A stretch of DNA of 64,000 nucleotides. Source: Lingula anatina (lineage: Eukaryota; Animalia; Brachiopoda). The translations under genes were made by a program, and so were the position numbers. This document shows positions 14,109-26,110 of the stretch, piece after piece. Positions within the stretch are counted from its first letter, which is position 1. Each line of letters begins with the position of its first letter. The notes beneath the pieces are model-generated. The model saw only the letters and a program-made list of their open reading frames with translations, was not told the origin of the DNA and made no database searches. Location of the stretch: assembly GCA_051362555.1 (NCBI GenBank), contig CM120642.1, forward strand, positions 12,214,001 through 12,278,000. Reading direction: 5' to 3'.

Positions 14109-15950
14109 TTATCATTTTATCAAAGGATCAATTTATTTTAATTATGATTTTAATGAGACATTTTCAAACATTTTCAGAATATGCAAAACTAATTTTTGAG
14201 TGGGGAGCAAATTTCAACTGTTGCCATTTCAAAAGTGTGTCAGGATCTCTTATATTTCTGTTTTAATTTAAAATTGAAGTATTCATCTAATAAGAAGGTC
14301 GTGAAATTTGAATCAATTTCTTGTAACAAACCATAACTCTTAAAATGTGGACTTATATTAAATTAAGAAAATTATGTCAGGGAGGACGAACAAATTTATT
14401 CCAATAGATATAAAAAAAACCGTCTCACTATAGAATAAAATCTAGGGCAGATTTTTCAAAAGAGCAAGATCGTAAATTCATACAAATTGTTTTTATAAAT
14501 GTGGGCTGTTGGACATCCCGTAGATATATTCTTAAAATGCTCTCAATTATTTCAAAATACTGGGCATATTAACAAACCTTTCAATCCTTTTGATTTACGA
14601 CATCGTCTGTTACTGTTGAAATCATCAATCCCAAACACAATGCTTACAGATCAGTTGTAGCACATTTAATTTGAAAGTGCTCGGACAATAATCTTTATAA
14701 TTTTACCCCTAACCCTCTGTTCTTACTAATATTTTTATCATCATTTCATATCGAAGTGAAAAAGAAAACAAGTAATGAAAAACGTATTTATTCACTTTTA
14801 AAACAAAAGATGCATAAATGTGCGTCGGGTTCCAGAGCGTGAATGACGGGCTTGGTTGCAAGCAGCCGGGTGTCGTGCAGTTCTCAGTATCTCAGTGGAC
14901 CTCTGAAATGAGAAGGTAATGTTAACAATATCTGACTAAACGGGCAGGTTGGGAAGATACGACCAATACAATTTACATCTAAGAGAAGAGGGCACTTGAA
15001 ATGATGTGGGTGATAAAATTTACTGACTTGTCCATAGTTCAGGCTCAGATAGCACCCCAAAAAAGCAAATCGATTCTATGTTGTCTATATTATAACGCCA
15101 TAATTATGACCTGAAGTTAGTAATAAAGATATTTCAGATAACTTGCTTTGAAAAAATAAATATTGAAATCACTCCTCTAATTTGTGGAGGTTATCACTAC
15201 GGACGTTTATTTATTTTACCTACTATATAAAGTTGTAATATCTAAAATCGCTTTGCATCACGCGTTTCGGAACCATATTTCGCTTTATTATAAATCATTT
15301 TCCCAGATTTCAACACTGTTTACAAGCATTTTACAGGTTCATGTATAAGAAAATAAACAAACCTACCAAAACTGATTAAAATATTTTAAACTATCGTGAT
15401 TGTCGTAAAAGGAGACGTTTGGATTTTTGATAAACTTTGACTATAAAATTAATGTACACGTTGATGGGGCACAATTGTTTTTGGATCAAAAGTTCCGAAC
15501 TGTGACAAGTACGGTACTATCATCTAAACTAGTCCGTAATCTTTCTGGTAATATGCCCATTTACTAATTTGCTAAATAATGTCTTGAGTGACATAATAGA
15601 AATGACAGGCAAAATATAACAAAGATTAGTAACATACCAGTCAATACTTTTCGCAAATTTCTTTGCATTCTTCTACTCTCTTCCTATCAACTGACATACG
15701 TAACTGAAGAAAAAATTATACTTACGAAACATGCATTTGCTTTTACGCCTCATACGACTGCCTTGCGACTGCACCACACGTTGTTGCGTCTTTTCCCAGC
15801 TGTGTCCTACTGCCTAGTGAGCATTCGGAAATACAGCTCGCACTACGATGACCAAGTTATTATTATGCAAATTACAGACAGGCATGGCTCATTTCAGACG
15901 AGGGACTGTGGTTGAAACTGTTCACGAATGTTCACGGTCTAAAACATGTA

Positions 15951-17266
15951 CATGGCGAATTAGGGAGGGTGTCAGGGGGATCCAGACCCCCTCCCCCTTG
16001 AACTTCTGATAAAAAATTACACCTAAAATCTTTAGCTGAATAATAGTTATAAATCGTACCAAATGGCGATATTTTCCCTTCTAAATCCCCTTTTTGGGGG
16101 CCCTCGAGCGTGCCCCAAACATAACTCCAAGGGGGTGAGGGTCGGTGTAACATGACACAGAGTCCGTCGAAACATAGAGTCCGCGGGCTTCCGGTTTCAG
16201 AAATCAGGGGTCCTACGGACATTCATTTTTTCATTTAATGGGGCCAAGTAGTTAATCCTGCGGACCCCTGGTTTCTGAAACTGGGAGTCCTCATTAAAAT
16301 ATAGGGTCCCTCTAGTGTGACAGAGAGTCCGTGTAATAAAGGCCCCCCTGGACTCTCTATTACACGGACTTTGTTTTTCACAAAGGACTTTTAGAATGGA
16401 AGTAAAGTGTCAAAGAAAAAAACTCAGAAGGGAAAATAGAAAAGGGGGCAAAGCTGCCCCAAGGTACATGGGGCCATACACATGCACAGTAGTGGCGAAG
16501 AAGTCAAACGGCACGTATATTCTGGAAAATTTACAAGGGAAAAAGTTTAAGGGGGCTGTGGGTGCTGGTCAACTAAAGCAGTACAGAGAAAATTTTGCAA
16601 AATGTAAATAGCAACTTTTATCTAATCCTTCTATAAAAACAATGTTAGCTATTAAAAAATTAACTTTATATTCATTGCCATTGCGTTTTCATGATTAATT
16701 TGGACCGCATTTACAGCACATTGATTTTTCTGTATTTCACAGCTGAAGGCGAAGTTGATACCAGTTAAATAAAAGAATGAAACAATTGAGTATTTTGTTC
16801 AACAAAGAAGATGGTAAACAATAAACACCCAGTTAAAACAGGCTTTCTGTATTCTTGTCTTTTTAAATTCAATAAATTATATATTTTTATTGATAATTGG
16901 TTACAATTATATTGCACCAATAGAACTATTACTTCAAAGAAATGTATAAAGCGTACAGATTACAAAAAACTAAGAAATATTGCCTTATGGGTACTAATTA
17001 AACTCGATTTTCTTTCGACTAAAGTGCAACAGTAAGGGGGACCCTGCGATTCAAAGCGGACTGTTCATTTTAAATCTGAAAGTCTGTGGACTGTACGTTT
17101 TAATATAGGAAGTCTTTCAGATTCAAAACTTAGGGTTCGCCGGACTCTGAAAGGGCCGGACTCTACGGCACGCTACATCGGCTTTGAATTCCAAGGCCTG
17201 CCAATCCGTCAAAAAAAAAAAAAAAAACACCACCACCCCCTTCAAAAAATCCTGGATTCGCCCCTG
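15951..17266. mobile_element. Non-autonomous TIR element (CAGGGGCGGATCCAG-type MITE) interrupted by a Ginger-type insertion
   Basis: Right end is CTGGATTCGCCCCTG; the degenerate left end is CATGGCGAATTAG. A 5-bp direct repeat ATGTA flanks both sides (15946-15950 and 17267-17271). Confidence 0.65.
16146..17177 (+). mobile_element. Internally deleted Ginger1-like DNA transposon (~1.03 kb)
   Basis: TGT...ACA termini with 16/21 matching TIR (tgtaacatgacacagagtccg vs revcomp tgtagcgtgccgtagagtccg) and 4-bp TSD TCGG (16142-16145, 17178-17181). Internal ORF 16396-16611 RKGGKAAPRYMGPY...GTYILENLQGK...QLKQY matches the GPY/F C-terminal module of Gypsy/Ginger integrases. Confidence 0.85.
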
Positions 17267-18183
17267 ATGTACATGTGGATTTGATTTATTTATTCACACA
17301 TTAATTGACCAATAAGACCACGGGCGCTAATATATACACGACATTCTTATTAATACTACGCTTATTCCATAGTACTGTAAAATGTAGGGTTATCAGTTTC
17401 ATTTGTTTGATTGATTTGTCTACCTTTTTTATTCGTTTGTTTATTCATCTGTTATTCATTTTGCATATTTTAAAAAGATTTTAAAGTTTTTAGTTTACTA
17501 AATTTATCATATTGTAATTCCTGCCAGAATAGGTTATCAATTTTTTGTGGTTATTTCATGTTCTAGACTCGTGTAGTGTGCTATATTTCTCATCTTATTT
17601 GCAAGTCCCCATGTTTCAAGGAATACTTTGCTGAGGTCCAGGTATGTTTTTTACCATATATCTCTTATTCATACAATTGTCTTACTATTCGGCTGTCTGG
17701 TAACTCTTCTATTTTTTCCCAAACCTGTGTCATCTCACTACACCAATATTTATATAGGGTCCCTAGGTCTGCTTGGCTTGCATTATTGCTTGTTGAAGTC
17801 TCTAAGGCACCTATCTTTGTGCTGATTTAAAACAATAAAAATCTCCTCGAAAATATAAAAATTGACTGTCATATTTCTCGTTGCAATGCATAAGCATAGG
17901 CAACTCAAAGCTTTAATTGTCAATTTCACACCTTTCTATTTTGAGGTGAGATCGCAATCGGCAAAGGGCGTAACTTCATCCCCGAACAAGGTTTTATCAC
18001 GGAAATTGGCAGAGTTGACCTCGAGTGTATGGGCTACAATCTTGTGCCGTCATTTTAGTTGAAATATTTTTGTCATGGAGTAATGGGTCCCTAATGCATT
18101 ATAGATTTTCATTCAACAAAGGCATTATTTTGCTTTATCAACGATAAAATCTGAACCAAGACCTTTAAGGAAGTGGCGACTAG

Positions 18184-18345
18184 AAATGACCAAACACACC
18201 TTCCACATATCATTAAAAAAAGCTTCTGGTAAATAAGAACGCTGCATTATAATCCCAAAACTTACCAAAAATACCATAGATCGGACCTACCAAAATCAGC
18301 CAAAATCGACTATTTTCAGGTTTTTGCAAAAAGCGATCAAAAATA
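18184..18345 (+). repeat. Old, diverged fragment related to the 362-bp satellite monomer
   Basis: aaatgaccaaacacacc matches the monomer exactly. It is followed by collinear weaker matches (cggacctaccaaaatcagccaaaatc vs cggaccttacgaaaatcactcaaaatc; caaaaagcgatcaaaa vs caaaaagtgatgaaaa). Confidence 0.65.
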
Positions 18346-18769
18346 GTGTCCATAGGCCTACTCTCCGGCACCGATACTCCCGCTTAATATTTTTTTTTCA
18401 TTTTGCCCATCAATACGACACTACACCGATAGATCGCCTCATTGAAACATACATGTACCCCCTAAAATTACTGTTGTACGCGCACTGTTACTAACCGACA
18501 CCGATACTCTCCCACATCGTTGCTTCCCCGACTCTTTACTCCCCCGTATCGTTATACAATTTTCATATATAACCGTCATTGTAACTCAACGATATTATAT
18601 TTAAAATAGGCCATATAAATTCGAAAAGTTTTAGCTAGGATCGAGGCCTACCAATGAAATCTAAATATTTTCAAGAATTTTTACTGGGCATGAATACCAT
18701 TTAACCCGATTTATCAAAAGGCAATTGCCACCTCTATATCTCGACTTTTCAATAAGAAACTAGGTAGCA

Positions 18770-21130
18770 TCTAAAAGTTTAAAGCTTCAAAAATTTGGAG
18801 ACCATAACAGATTCAGCCAAGGGCACGTTTCGGTGCCATATTTGATCACGTCATGATGGACATTTATAGTTCAAGGACCAGAACAGTCTGTCGGAAACAA
18901 TGTAGAAATAACGACGCGTGTCCAATTCACTGTAAATACGCCAACACCAGCGTCTCCTGAATTCTAAAATCTAGAATAAAAATATGTACTTAAGCATTGT
19001 AGCAGGACGAAAACCAATCCACTTCATGAGGATCCCATATCTTATCAAAATGTGAGAATAATTCTTGAGAAATACCCCAGTCGTCAACATACACACTTTT
19101 ACTTATATAATCTGCATGGGTATTCTTTTCTCTCAGTATCCTTACATTTCTATTGAATTACTTCATTAGAAGAAAAACATCTAAAATAATAGATTGTGAT
19201 TTACTCTTCGTGTTACTTTTTTCTTTTACTTTTACAATATCTTTGTTATCAGAAAACCACTTCAATCTCGAATCACTCAACGTGTTTGCCATGGAGAACA
19301 GGACCCTGAAAACAGCTATCAGTTCTCTGTAAGTAGATCTCTCCGTCGCTGACCATTCCCCGTGACACACTCTTTTAGGTGTCTCCACACAATATCCTCC
19401 AAACCCAGAACTACTAGCATCAGAATAAACTACCTTATTGCACTAAGGTGAAAACTGTAAAATGCTGATTTACTACATCAAGATTCTGTACCCAAGGTCT
19501 GACTGCATGCGTCTTCACACACGTTTTCTGGTTCTAAGAAAAAGAACTTGAAATAAACATGCTATTATACTATATCATTAGTTGCGTTACACTCCCCAAC
19601 ACAACAGACATAGTATAATCTGACCGACAAAACTAGCCATTCCTCTGCTCTCTTTCGTGCAAAAATAATGCCAGTTCTCTTAGCTCTTGCTAATCTAATA
19701 TCAAGAACTTTGATTTCCACAATACTTATATCTATATCGATGCCAGACTCTGTAGCTACGACCAAATAGTATTCTCATATATCTGCATAAAACCTGACTT
19801 AGCAATATCTTTGTTACTACAGTACCACAGACCGTCATCCAATTACATTAAAGTTTGAAAATCTTCATATCTCCATTTTTTTTATCAATTGCCTTGTCAA
19901 TTTTGAAAAAAAAATATAAAGTGCTAATGATAACCCAAATAGAAGAACTAAGAATTAAAGTAAATCTGCTGATCTTGAATTTTCCATGAAAAACCTCAAT
20001 AATCCGTATGAGGATAATAGATATCTAGATGATGATAAGCTGAATCCAATTTAATCATCCAACCACAGAATTTCATAAACATAAGAGCCGTTCTCAAATG
20101 TTCGTAACTACCAGACTGCTTACAGACATGTTTGTTTACTTCTCGTAAATCTAAAATCAATCCATTTTTTACTGCTGTGCACTGCTACTGTTTAAGGGTT
20201 ACCAACAATTGGTTGTTTGCTACACCTTTTTATTAAACCCTTCTTTTCCAATTCAAGAATAGCATTTTAACAAAAAACTTATTTTTCAATGGTGAAAGCT
20301 GTTATCTTTCCTCATCCCACAGGGTGTTGTTATAAACGGAAATTTACAACCATTTTTATCAAGTCTAGAATTAAAGATGGAGACCCTACATGTACTTCTT
20401 CCCAAAAACTTAAATTGGTTCTTAACCTACTTTTCACATTTTTCTGATCTTCGCAACTCTTGATTGAAACTAACGCACTCATTCCGGGTACTTATCTTAT
20501 TTCAATGTTTCCGCCTTTTCCCATTCCAGATGTTCCCTGATCTCTGGGGTTGGACTCTGGTGGAAGAACTTTTCCCTCTGTAAGTTGGTCACTCAAGCAT
20601 GAAATGGCCCTTTCCTCAACAAGCTAAGCAAAGTCTCGACCCCTTGCTGCGAAAAAGACATCTCCGCTGAGAAGTATCGCTGACCACACCCATCGCTGGT
20701 CTGCTGATATAACTTATTTTTTTTTGCTCCTCTTTTGTGATTTTCTTTTATTTTCGTTGCAGCTCTCTCTCGCTCTCAGAATCACTAGCAAGAGGATTTA
20801 CTGTATATTCCTTAACAGTTTGCCAGCCGGCAACTAAAGTGTCAGCAATTCTGATAAATTTGTTTCTCTTGCCAAGGCTGTAAGGCACTGTCATATTGTT
20901 CGCCACAATATCTTATTTTCAAATACTGTTAAGTCAAATTGCTGGTGATTACCTTCTATTTTCCAAGACAAATATTGTCCACTTTCACTTTTTACTATCA
21001 CTGGCTAAGGCATTAAATGTAGACAGTCTATGTTCGAAATAGACTTTCGGCTCTTTCTTTTTACTTTCCATTTTTTCATTACATCAGCCAAGGTAAAATG
21101 TTCGCCTCCACTGGACTCATCATCCATGTC
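18770..21130 (-). mobile_element. Decayed DIRS-superfamily retrotransposon, 5' portion: gag, RT, RNase H, MT-like
   Basis: Minus-strand remnants. Gag: WKIEGNHQQFD, RNKFIRIADT..GWQTVKEY..NPLASDSE and a broken zinc knuckle near 20600. RT: LDSAYHHLDI, GFSWK, LFGLS, LDDG. RNase H: YSDASSSGFGGY, HGEWSATERSTYRELIAV, WFSDN, HADYISK..DDWG. Confidence 0.88.
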
Positions 21131-22188
21131 GTCTACGGAGTCGTAATCATAAGCGTGTTAACAGTACCGTGTCAATCGCCTGAATGACACGAGAACTCTT
21201 CTACGCCAATCGCGCCCTCTTCTGGCGTGTCATAACCAGAGAGAAATCAAGTTCACTTTAATTCCTCTCGTCAACCGATTGAAATTATATTTTTATTGAC
21301 TCGCTACATCGAGCTGGACGTGACGCAGTTAACTTTTGTTTACTGCATTTTGTAGAGCTTGTCAAGCACAACACTGGAGGTGGTGACCCTTTTTTTACTT
21401 TTCTATACGAATGCGCTTACTCCAGCTGGTGGTACAATACCCTCAGGCGGTAGCGCTTCTCTGATCCTCTAGTTTTCATGTTTTTTTCAAATGCTCGCTT
21501 CATTTTATAAGATCAAGCGTGCGTAATAAGCAAAGCATTATTTTCTGTTTCACGGGTATGTTATTGTTTTTTAACCTCATGGATGGATCGTTGTGGGAAT
21601 GAAATTAGTGGTTGTGAATAATACATGGTTACCCATCCCATTCGGCTGAGCCAGTTCAGCGGGGTAAATAAAAACTAACCACCCTCTAAGAAATCCTGGA
21701 TCCGCCCCTGAGGGCTGTTCGTTATTGGTTTCTTATTAACGATCTCGCTGCATGCTGGCAATAAACACAATCGGATTTGTTATCTATTCCACCCGTTTTC
21801 AAGGATTTATGATGTTACATTCAATTTGTAATTTTTTTCTTGTCCTCGATTTCTATTACAAATAGAATCTTAAAGAAAAAGCAGTAATTATAGCGCATTA
21901 AAAGTGTTCATTAGTCCCAACAATCGCCCAAGGACAGCGTAAAGTGTAGAATCTCACATTTCCAGGAAGACAAAGGCGGTAATTTATCGCTTTAACACTG
22001 TTTATTTTTTCTTTAACGAATGGAGTGGCGCCTGAGGAAAAGATTATGGCGTGTTTGCTATCTTCTGTTGAAAACATATTTTAGTAGAATAAATAAAAAA
22101 ATAAAGAAGTTGTGCAATTTGTATACAGTAGCCACTGTTGAAAAACGAAGTGAAGTATACAGATATTTCTTAATAATCACAAAGCCGA

Positions 22189-22451
22189 GCTGCAAGAGTG
22201 GTTGTGTCATTATTAAGGAAGAAATAGAACAAAAACTCTCTCCACCCCCCCCCCCTCTCTCCAAATCCTGTTCTCAGGTGTGCTTTTTGGCAATCTTTAA
22301 AGCTGAAATTAGGGGCTTTAATGAAGTGACCCGGGCGCGTTTCTACATTTTTTATGAAGGACCAGTGTGGAAGATTGATTTTCATCCCATTTTGGAAAAA
22401 TCGGTGACAGGTCGATTCTGGATGATTTTGAGTGATTTGCACAGTGCCGGA
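22189..22451 (-). repeat. Solo, inverted, diverged partial copy of the 362-bp satellite monomer
   Basis: The reverse complement aligns with the monomer over ~260 bp. ORFs 22170-22514 and 22058-22264 give MKINLPHWSFIKNVETRPGHFIKAPNFSFKDCQKAHLRTGFGERGG and ESFCSISSLIMTQPL. Confidence 0.95.
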
Positions 22452-22628
22452 GTAACATGAAAATCTGACTCCCCCAGTCAGATTTTCATAATGAAAATTT
22501 GACTCCCCCTCCACAAAACTTCATAAATCTTATTTTATTTGATAAGTCTGTGATCTTGTAGTATGTAAAATGGAGGATACATTGGCACTTTTTTTAGTTT
22601 GCAGGTGAAAATTTTCATGAAAAAATGA

Positions 22629-22960
22629 GAAAATTAAAAATGTGCACTTTACCGCCCATTGTCTCCCTTATGAAAAAGGTATTTATTTGATATTGGATGA
22701 TCATTTCTACATCTTTCCTTTAAATTTACTTTATGAAGATTATATTTGAAAGTTTGATGGTAAAGTATTGGGTGAAAAAACTAAAAAAAACATCAAAAAT
22801 AAGAAAATTAAAAATGTGCATTTTATCACCCAGTGACTCCCCTGTGAAAAGGCTATCTATTTAATATTTGATGATCATTTCTAAATCTTTCCTTTACTTT
22901 TACTTTATGAAGATAATATTGGAAATATTTGAAAGTTTGATGGTAAAATATGGGGTGGAC
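22629..22960 (+). repeat. 174-bp tandem duplication (2 diverged copies)
   Basis: gaaaattaaaaatgtgca...gaaagtttgatggtaaa starts at 22629 and 22803. Confidence 0.85.
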
Positions 22961-23847
22961 CCTTGGTATTTTTGCACCTAAAAGTAATTTTGTTTAAGAG
23001 ATTTAAAAATCTATTTGCATAGGCTTTTGATCGAATAAAATATATGTATAGGGCATCAAACTGAAGCTAATTGTTTCAAGTTTCACAGAGATGTATCATC
23101 GTTGCTCATTCTAGCAACATAAATGGCTGCCATCCTTTAAAATAAAAATGTGCACCCGTGGCTAGTTAATTAATTACGTTGGCCCCCTTGACTTGGGGAA
23201 AGTTGTACCCTCATATTGCCCACAAACCTTACCACACAACAGAGCTAGAAAGCACTGTTGAAAGAAACTCAATGGTTTAAAACTGCATTTCTTACTTTCT
23301 TTAAAAACGAAATTTATTATTAGTTTTAATTCATTAAAAACCCGCTTTATACCATTATAAATTTATTGTTAATTAAAACAAAACATTTTATTGATAGATA
23401 TTTTGGTTCTGGCAACACATACAACGTGACGTACGGAAACCTCAATAAATCTGCCTCATTCGAACCATTTATTCATCAAAGACTCTCAAATTCAATTTTA
23501 TAAATTAAAAATGTAAAAAAATGTATTTCAAGGTGTTTACATGGGATACTTAGCCATCTGGCATTATATTTGAAAAATAATGACGTTGCATACATAGTTT
23601 AGTTCATGGGGCTTACTTTGAAACCGGTTTTGATACTCATAATCATTCCTAGTTGGCCTCTAACTGGGCCAACTAGATCTGGTCTCCCCTAATATAGCCG
23701 ATGGACACTTATGGTAAACTGAAACAAAGGACTGATTTTGCTGATTTTTTTTTTATTTTCCTTTACTAATGTGCTTATTTTTTAGGCCTGTCACATTAAT
23801 AAAACACTGAGGTGATTTTCATATATAGTACATGTAGAAAAAAATTT

Positions 23848-24230
23848 AAACAAGGCAGCAAAGCTGTCAAATGTACAGACAAAAAAGCAGAAAATAAAGA
23901 TGCAGAATATAGGTCACTTTGTCAATTTTGATGCAATAATCAATAATGTTTATGACAGCACAATCAATCAACACTAAATCTTAATTGTGTGCAACAGGTA
24001 AGATGGTCAATAGGAACAGTGAAAGTTTAAATTCACATAATGAAAACCCCAATATGTGAAAAATTATGACAGTGTATAAAAAAATATTACATAATGTTAA
24101 ACAGTATTAACACCAATATTATAGCTTATGTGGAAATACAGAAAATGTACAGAGCTGCAGGTGGATGAGAGTCACATTTGAAAATGCCAGTGTTTGAAAA
24201 ATACAAAGAAATTAAAAAGAAAACAAAAAA
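23848..24230 (-). mobile_element. 3' part of a Helentron-associated non-autonomous element (same family as 28843-32927)
   Basis: aacaaggcagcaaagctgtcaaatgtacagacaaaaaa is the reverse complement of the 3' end at ~32890-32927. 24126-24200 matches 32380-32470. Confidence 0.75.
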
Positions 24231-24829
24231 TATTTTAATAAAGCTTGAAAATGCCACTATATAAAAAATGAAAATTTCATAAAATCCTTTATTACTTCCA
24301 GAAAAATCAACCAATCAGACTCGTTTTCCAGCTATGGCTGTATTAACATAAGTCCTATGTTACTTTCCTGTAAGTCTAAGAAGAGTTAGTGACATGGTTG
24401 TCCTTTAACTATGGAGGCAGAGTCCACAATAGGGTTGTCTTCAATTTTGATGCAATATTTTATTAATAATAATATAATAATAATAGTCTAAAATCCATTA
24501 CAACATGTTCAGAAGACTTTACATATACATAAAATAATTACTTTAGAAATCAATTATTAGAAATGGATAGATAAAAAATTACAGAGCTTAAAGACAAAAA
24601 AATTAAGAGTATTTTAGATAAAACATACGGATTCTCATATAAAAAGCACTTAAACTACATAACTAAAATAGGTTTGTTAAGAAAAAGTAATTAATTCAAT
24701 TTAGGGTAAAAAAAAGCCTTATCTGCACACAGAAAAAATTATAAGTAGAACAGCCTTATTTCTTACAGTGCACAAATGCAACTACTATAAAATTTGTAAA
24801 ATCAATTTAAAAGTCGATTAGTCAAAAAT

Positions 24830-25980
24830 TTCCTGAATAAGGACGTCTTCAATTCTTTTTTTAAATGCTTGGTAGACTCAATTGGATTTCCAGTGGAAAT
24901 AAATTCCATTCCTTTGGACCTGCTGATTTAAAAGAAATGTCACCATAAGTTTTAAGGCACATTTTTACCAGCTTATTAAGTAACAATTTGTCTACAGACC
25001 GCAGGTTTCTTTCTGGAACATAGTGAGTGACTAATTCACTTAAGTAGATCTGTGCACTTGTATAAAAAGCATCATGAACAAAAACTAGAAATTTAAATAA
25101 AATCCTGGCTTGCAGAGGTAGCCAATGTGACTCTTTTAAAACTGAGGTGATATGGTTACTCATGGATGTACGAGTAAATAATCTAGCTGAGATGTGAGAT
25201 GAGCTTATTCAAGCTGCAGTCTTTTAATCTGGTTTTTTGGACAACCATATAAAATAGAATTACAGTAATCCAATCTAGATGTTACTAAACAGTTTGTAAC
25301 TGTAGCTGGAGCAGAGTCAGATAGGTGATACGAATTGCACCTATATTCCTAATGTTATATATTGCTGACTTGCATATGCTGGCAATTTGCTTATTCATAC
25401 ATGTAGAAAGTGTTCTATCTAAAAAAAACACCAATAGGGTGTTGGCTTTATGATACTGGATCCAATTTTTAGTTCAATTTTTGTGATATTTTCTGATTAA
25501 GTGGTTGGGTTACAACTAAAAGTTCAGATTTTCCATCATTGATTTTCAGCTTATTTCTTATCGACCACCCTAGTAGATCATCAGTACACCTAGACAGCTT
25601 TTCAATTGATTCATTAGGATTTTCTGCATTACAGCATGTAAAAATTTGTGTATCCTCTGCATAGATGTGATAGCCAATACTGCGATGTCTCAATATGGCC
25701 CCAATAGGTAATGGATTCATACAATAAATTAGAGGTCCAGGAACACTACCTTGAGCCTCGAGGTACACCACAAGCTAACTCTGACCAAGGAGTTATAACT
25801 GTTATAACTCCTTGCTCTGACACATTTGACAATATTCCATTAATTAAAACCTGTTGTGAGCGACCTGTAAGATAAGAGCGTAAAAGACTAAGTGCAGAGT
25901 CCCTGATACCAACATAATTTTCGAGAAAAAGATATAAGTAGTTCATGATCGACTGTATCAAAAGCTGCAGATAGGTCTAA
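24830..25980 (-). mobile_element. 5'-truncated, frameshifted L2/CR1-group LINE reverse transcriptase fragment
   Basis: Minus-strand motifs: DLSAAFDTVDH, SYLTGRSQQV, GVP.GS..GP, YHIYAEDTQ, NKLKINDGKSE, SRLDYCNS, HITSVLKESHWLPLQARILFK, SAGPKEWN. Confidence 0.92.
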
Positions 25981-26014
25981 ACATGGGAACAGACGGTGTG
26001 CAATCTTGAAAGAC

Positions 26015-26110
26015 CTTGGCGGAAGTTAATGCAAACGGAAGTTGCGTGCAAGCTCTTGCGCAGGCATGACTAGGTGGCCATCTTGGTGATTGCACGGATA
26101 AGTGAAATAG
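26015..26110 (+). promoter_or_regulatory. Probable ABCE1 promoter and non-coding first exon
   Basis: Two ETS-type CGGAAGT cores and a YY1-like GCCATCTT. Candidate donor AG|gtgtga at 26110/26111 and acceptor atttcag| at 27199, just upstream of the ATG. Inferred from motifs only. Confidence 0.5.

Noticed and set aside
21578-21710. Third CAGGGGCGGATCCAG-type MITE
   Set aside because: The right end (cctggatccgcccctg) is clear, but no convincing left TIR or TSD was found.
22020-22514. 146-aa and 114-aa ORFs
   Set aside because: They overlap the inverted satellite monomer and are not independent genes.
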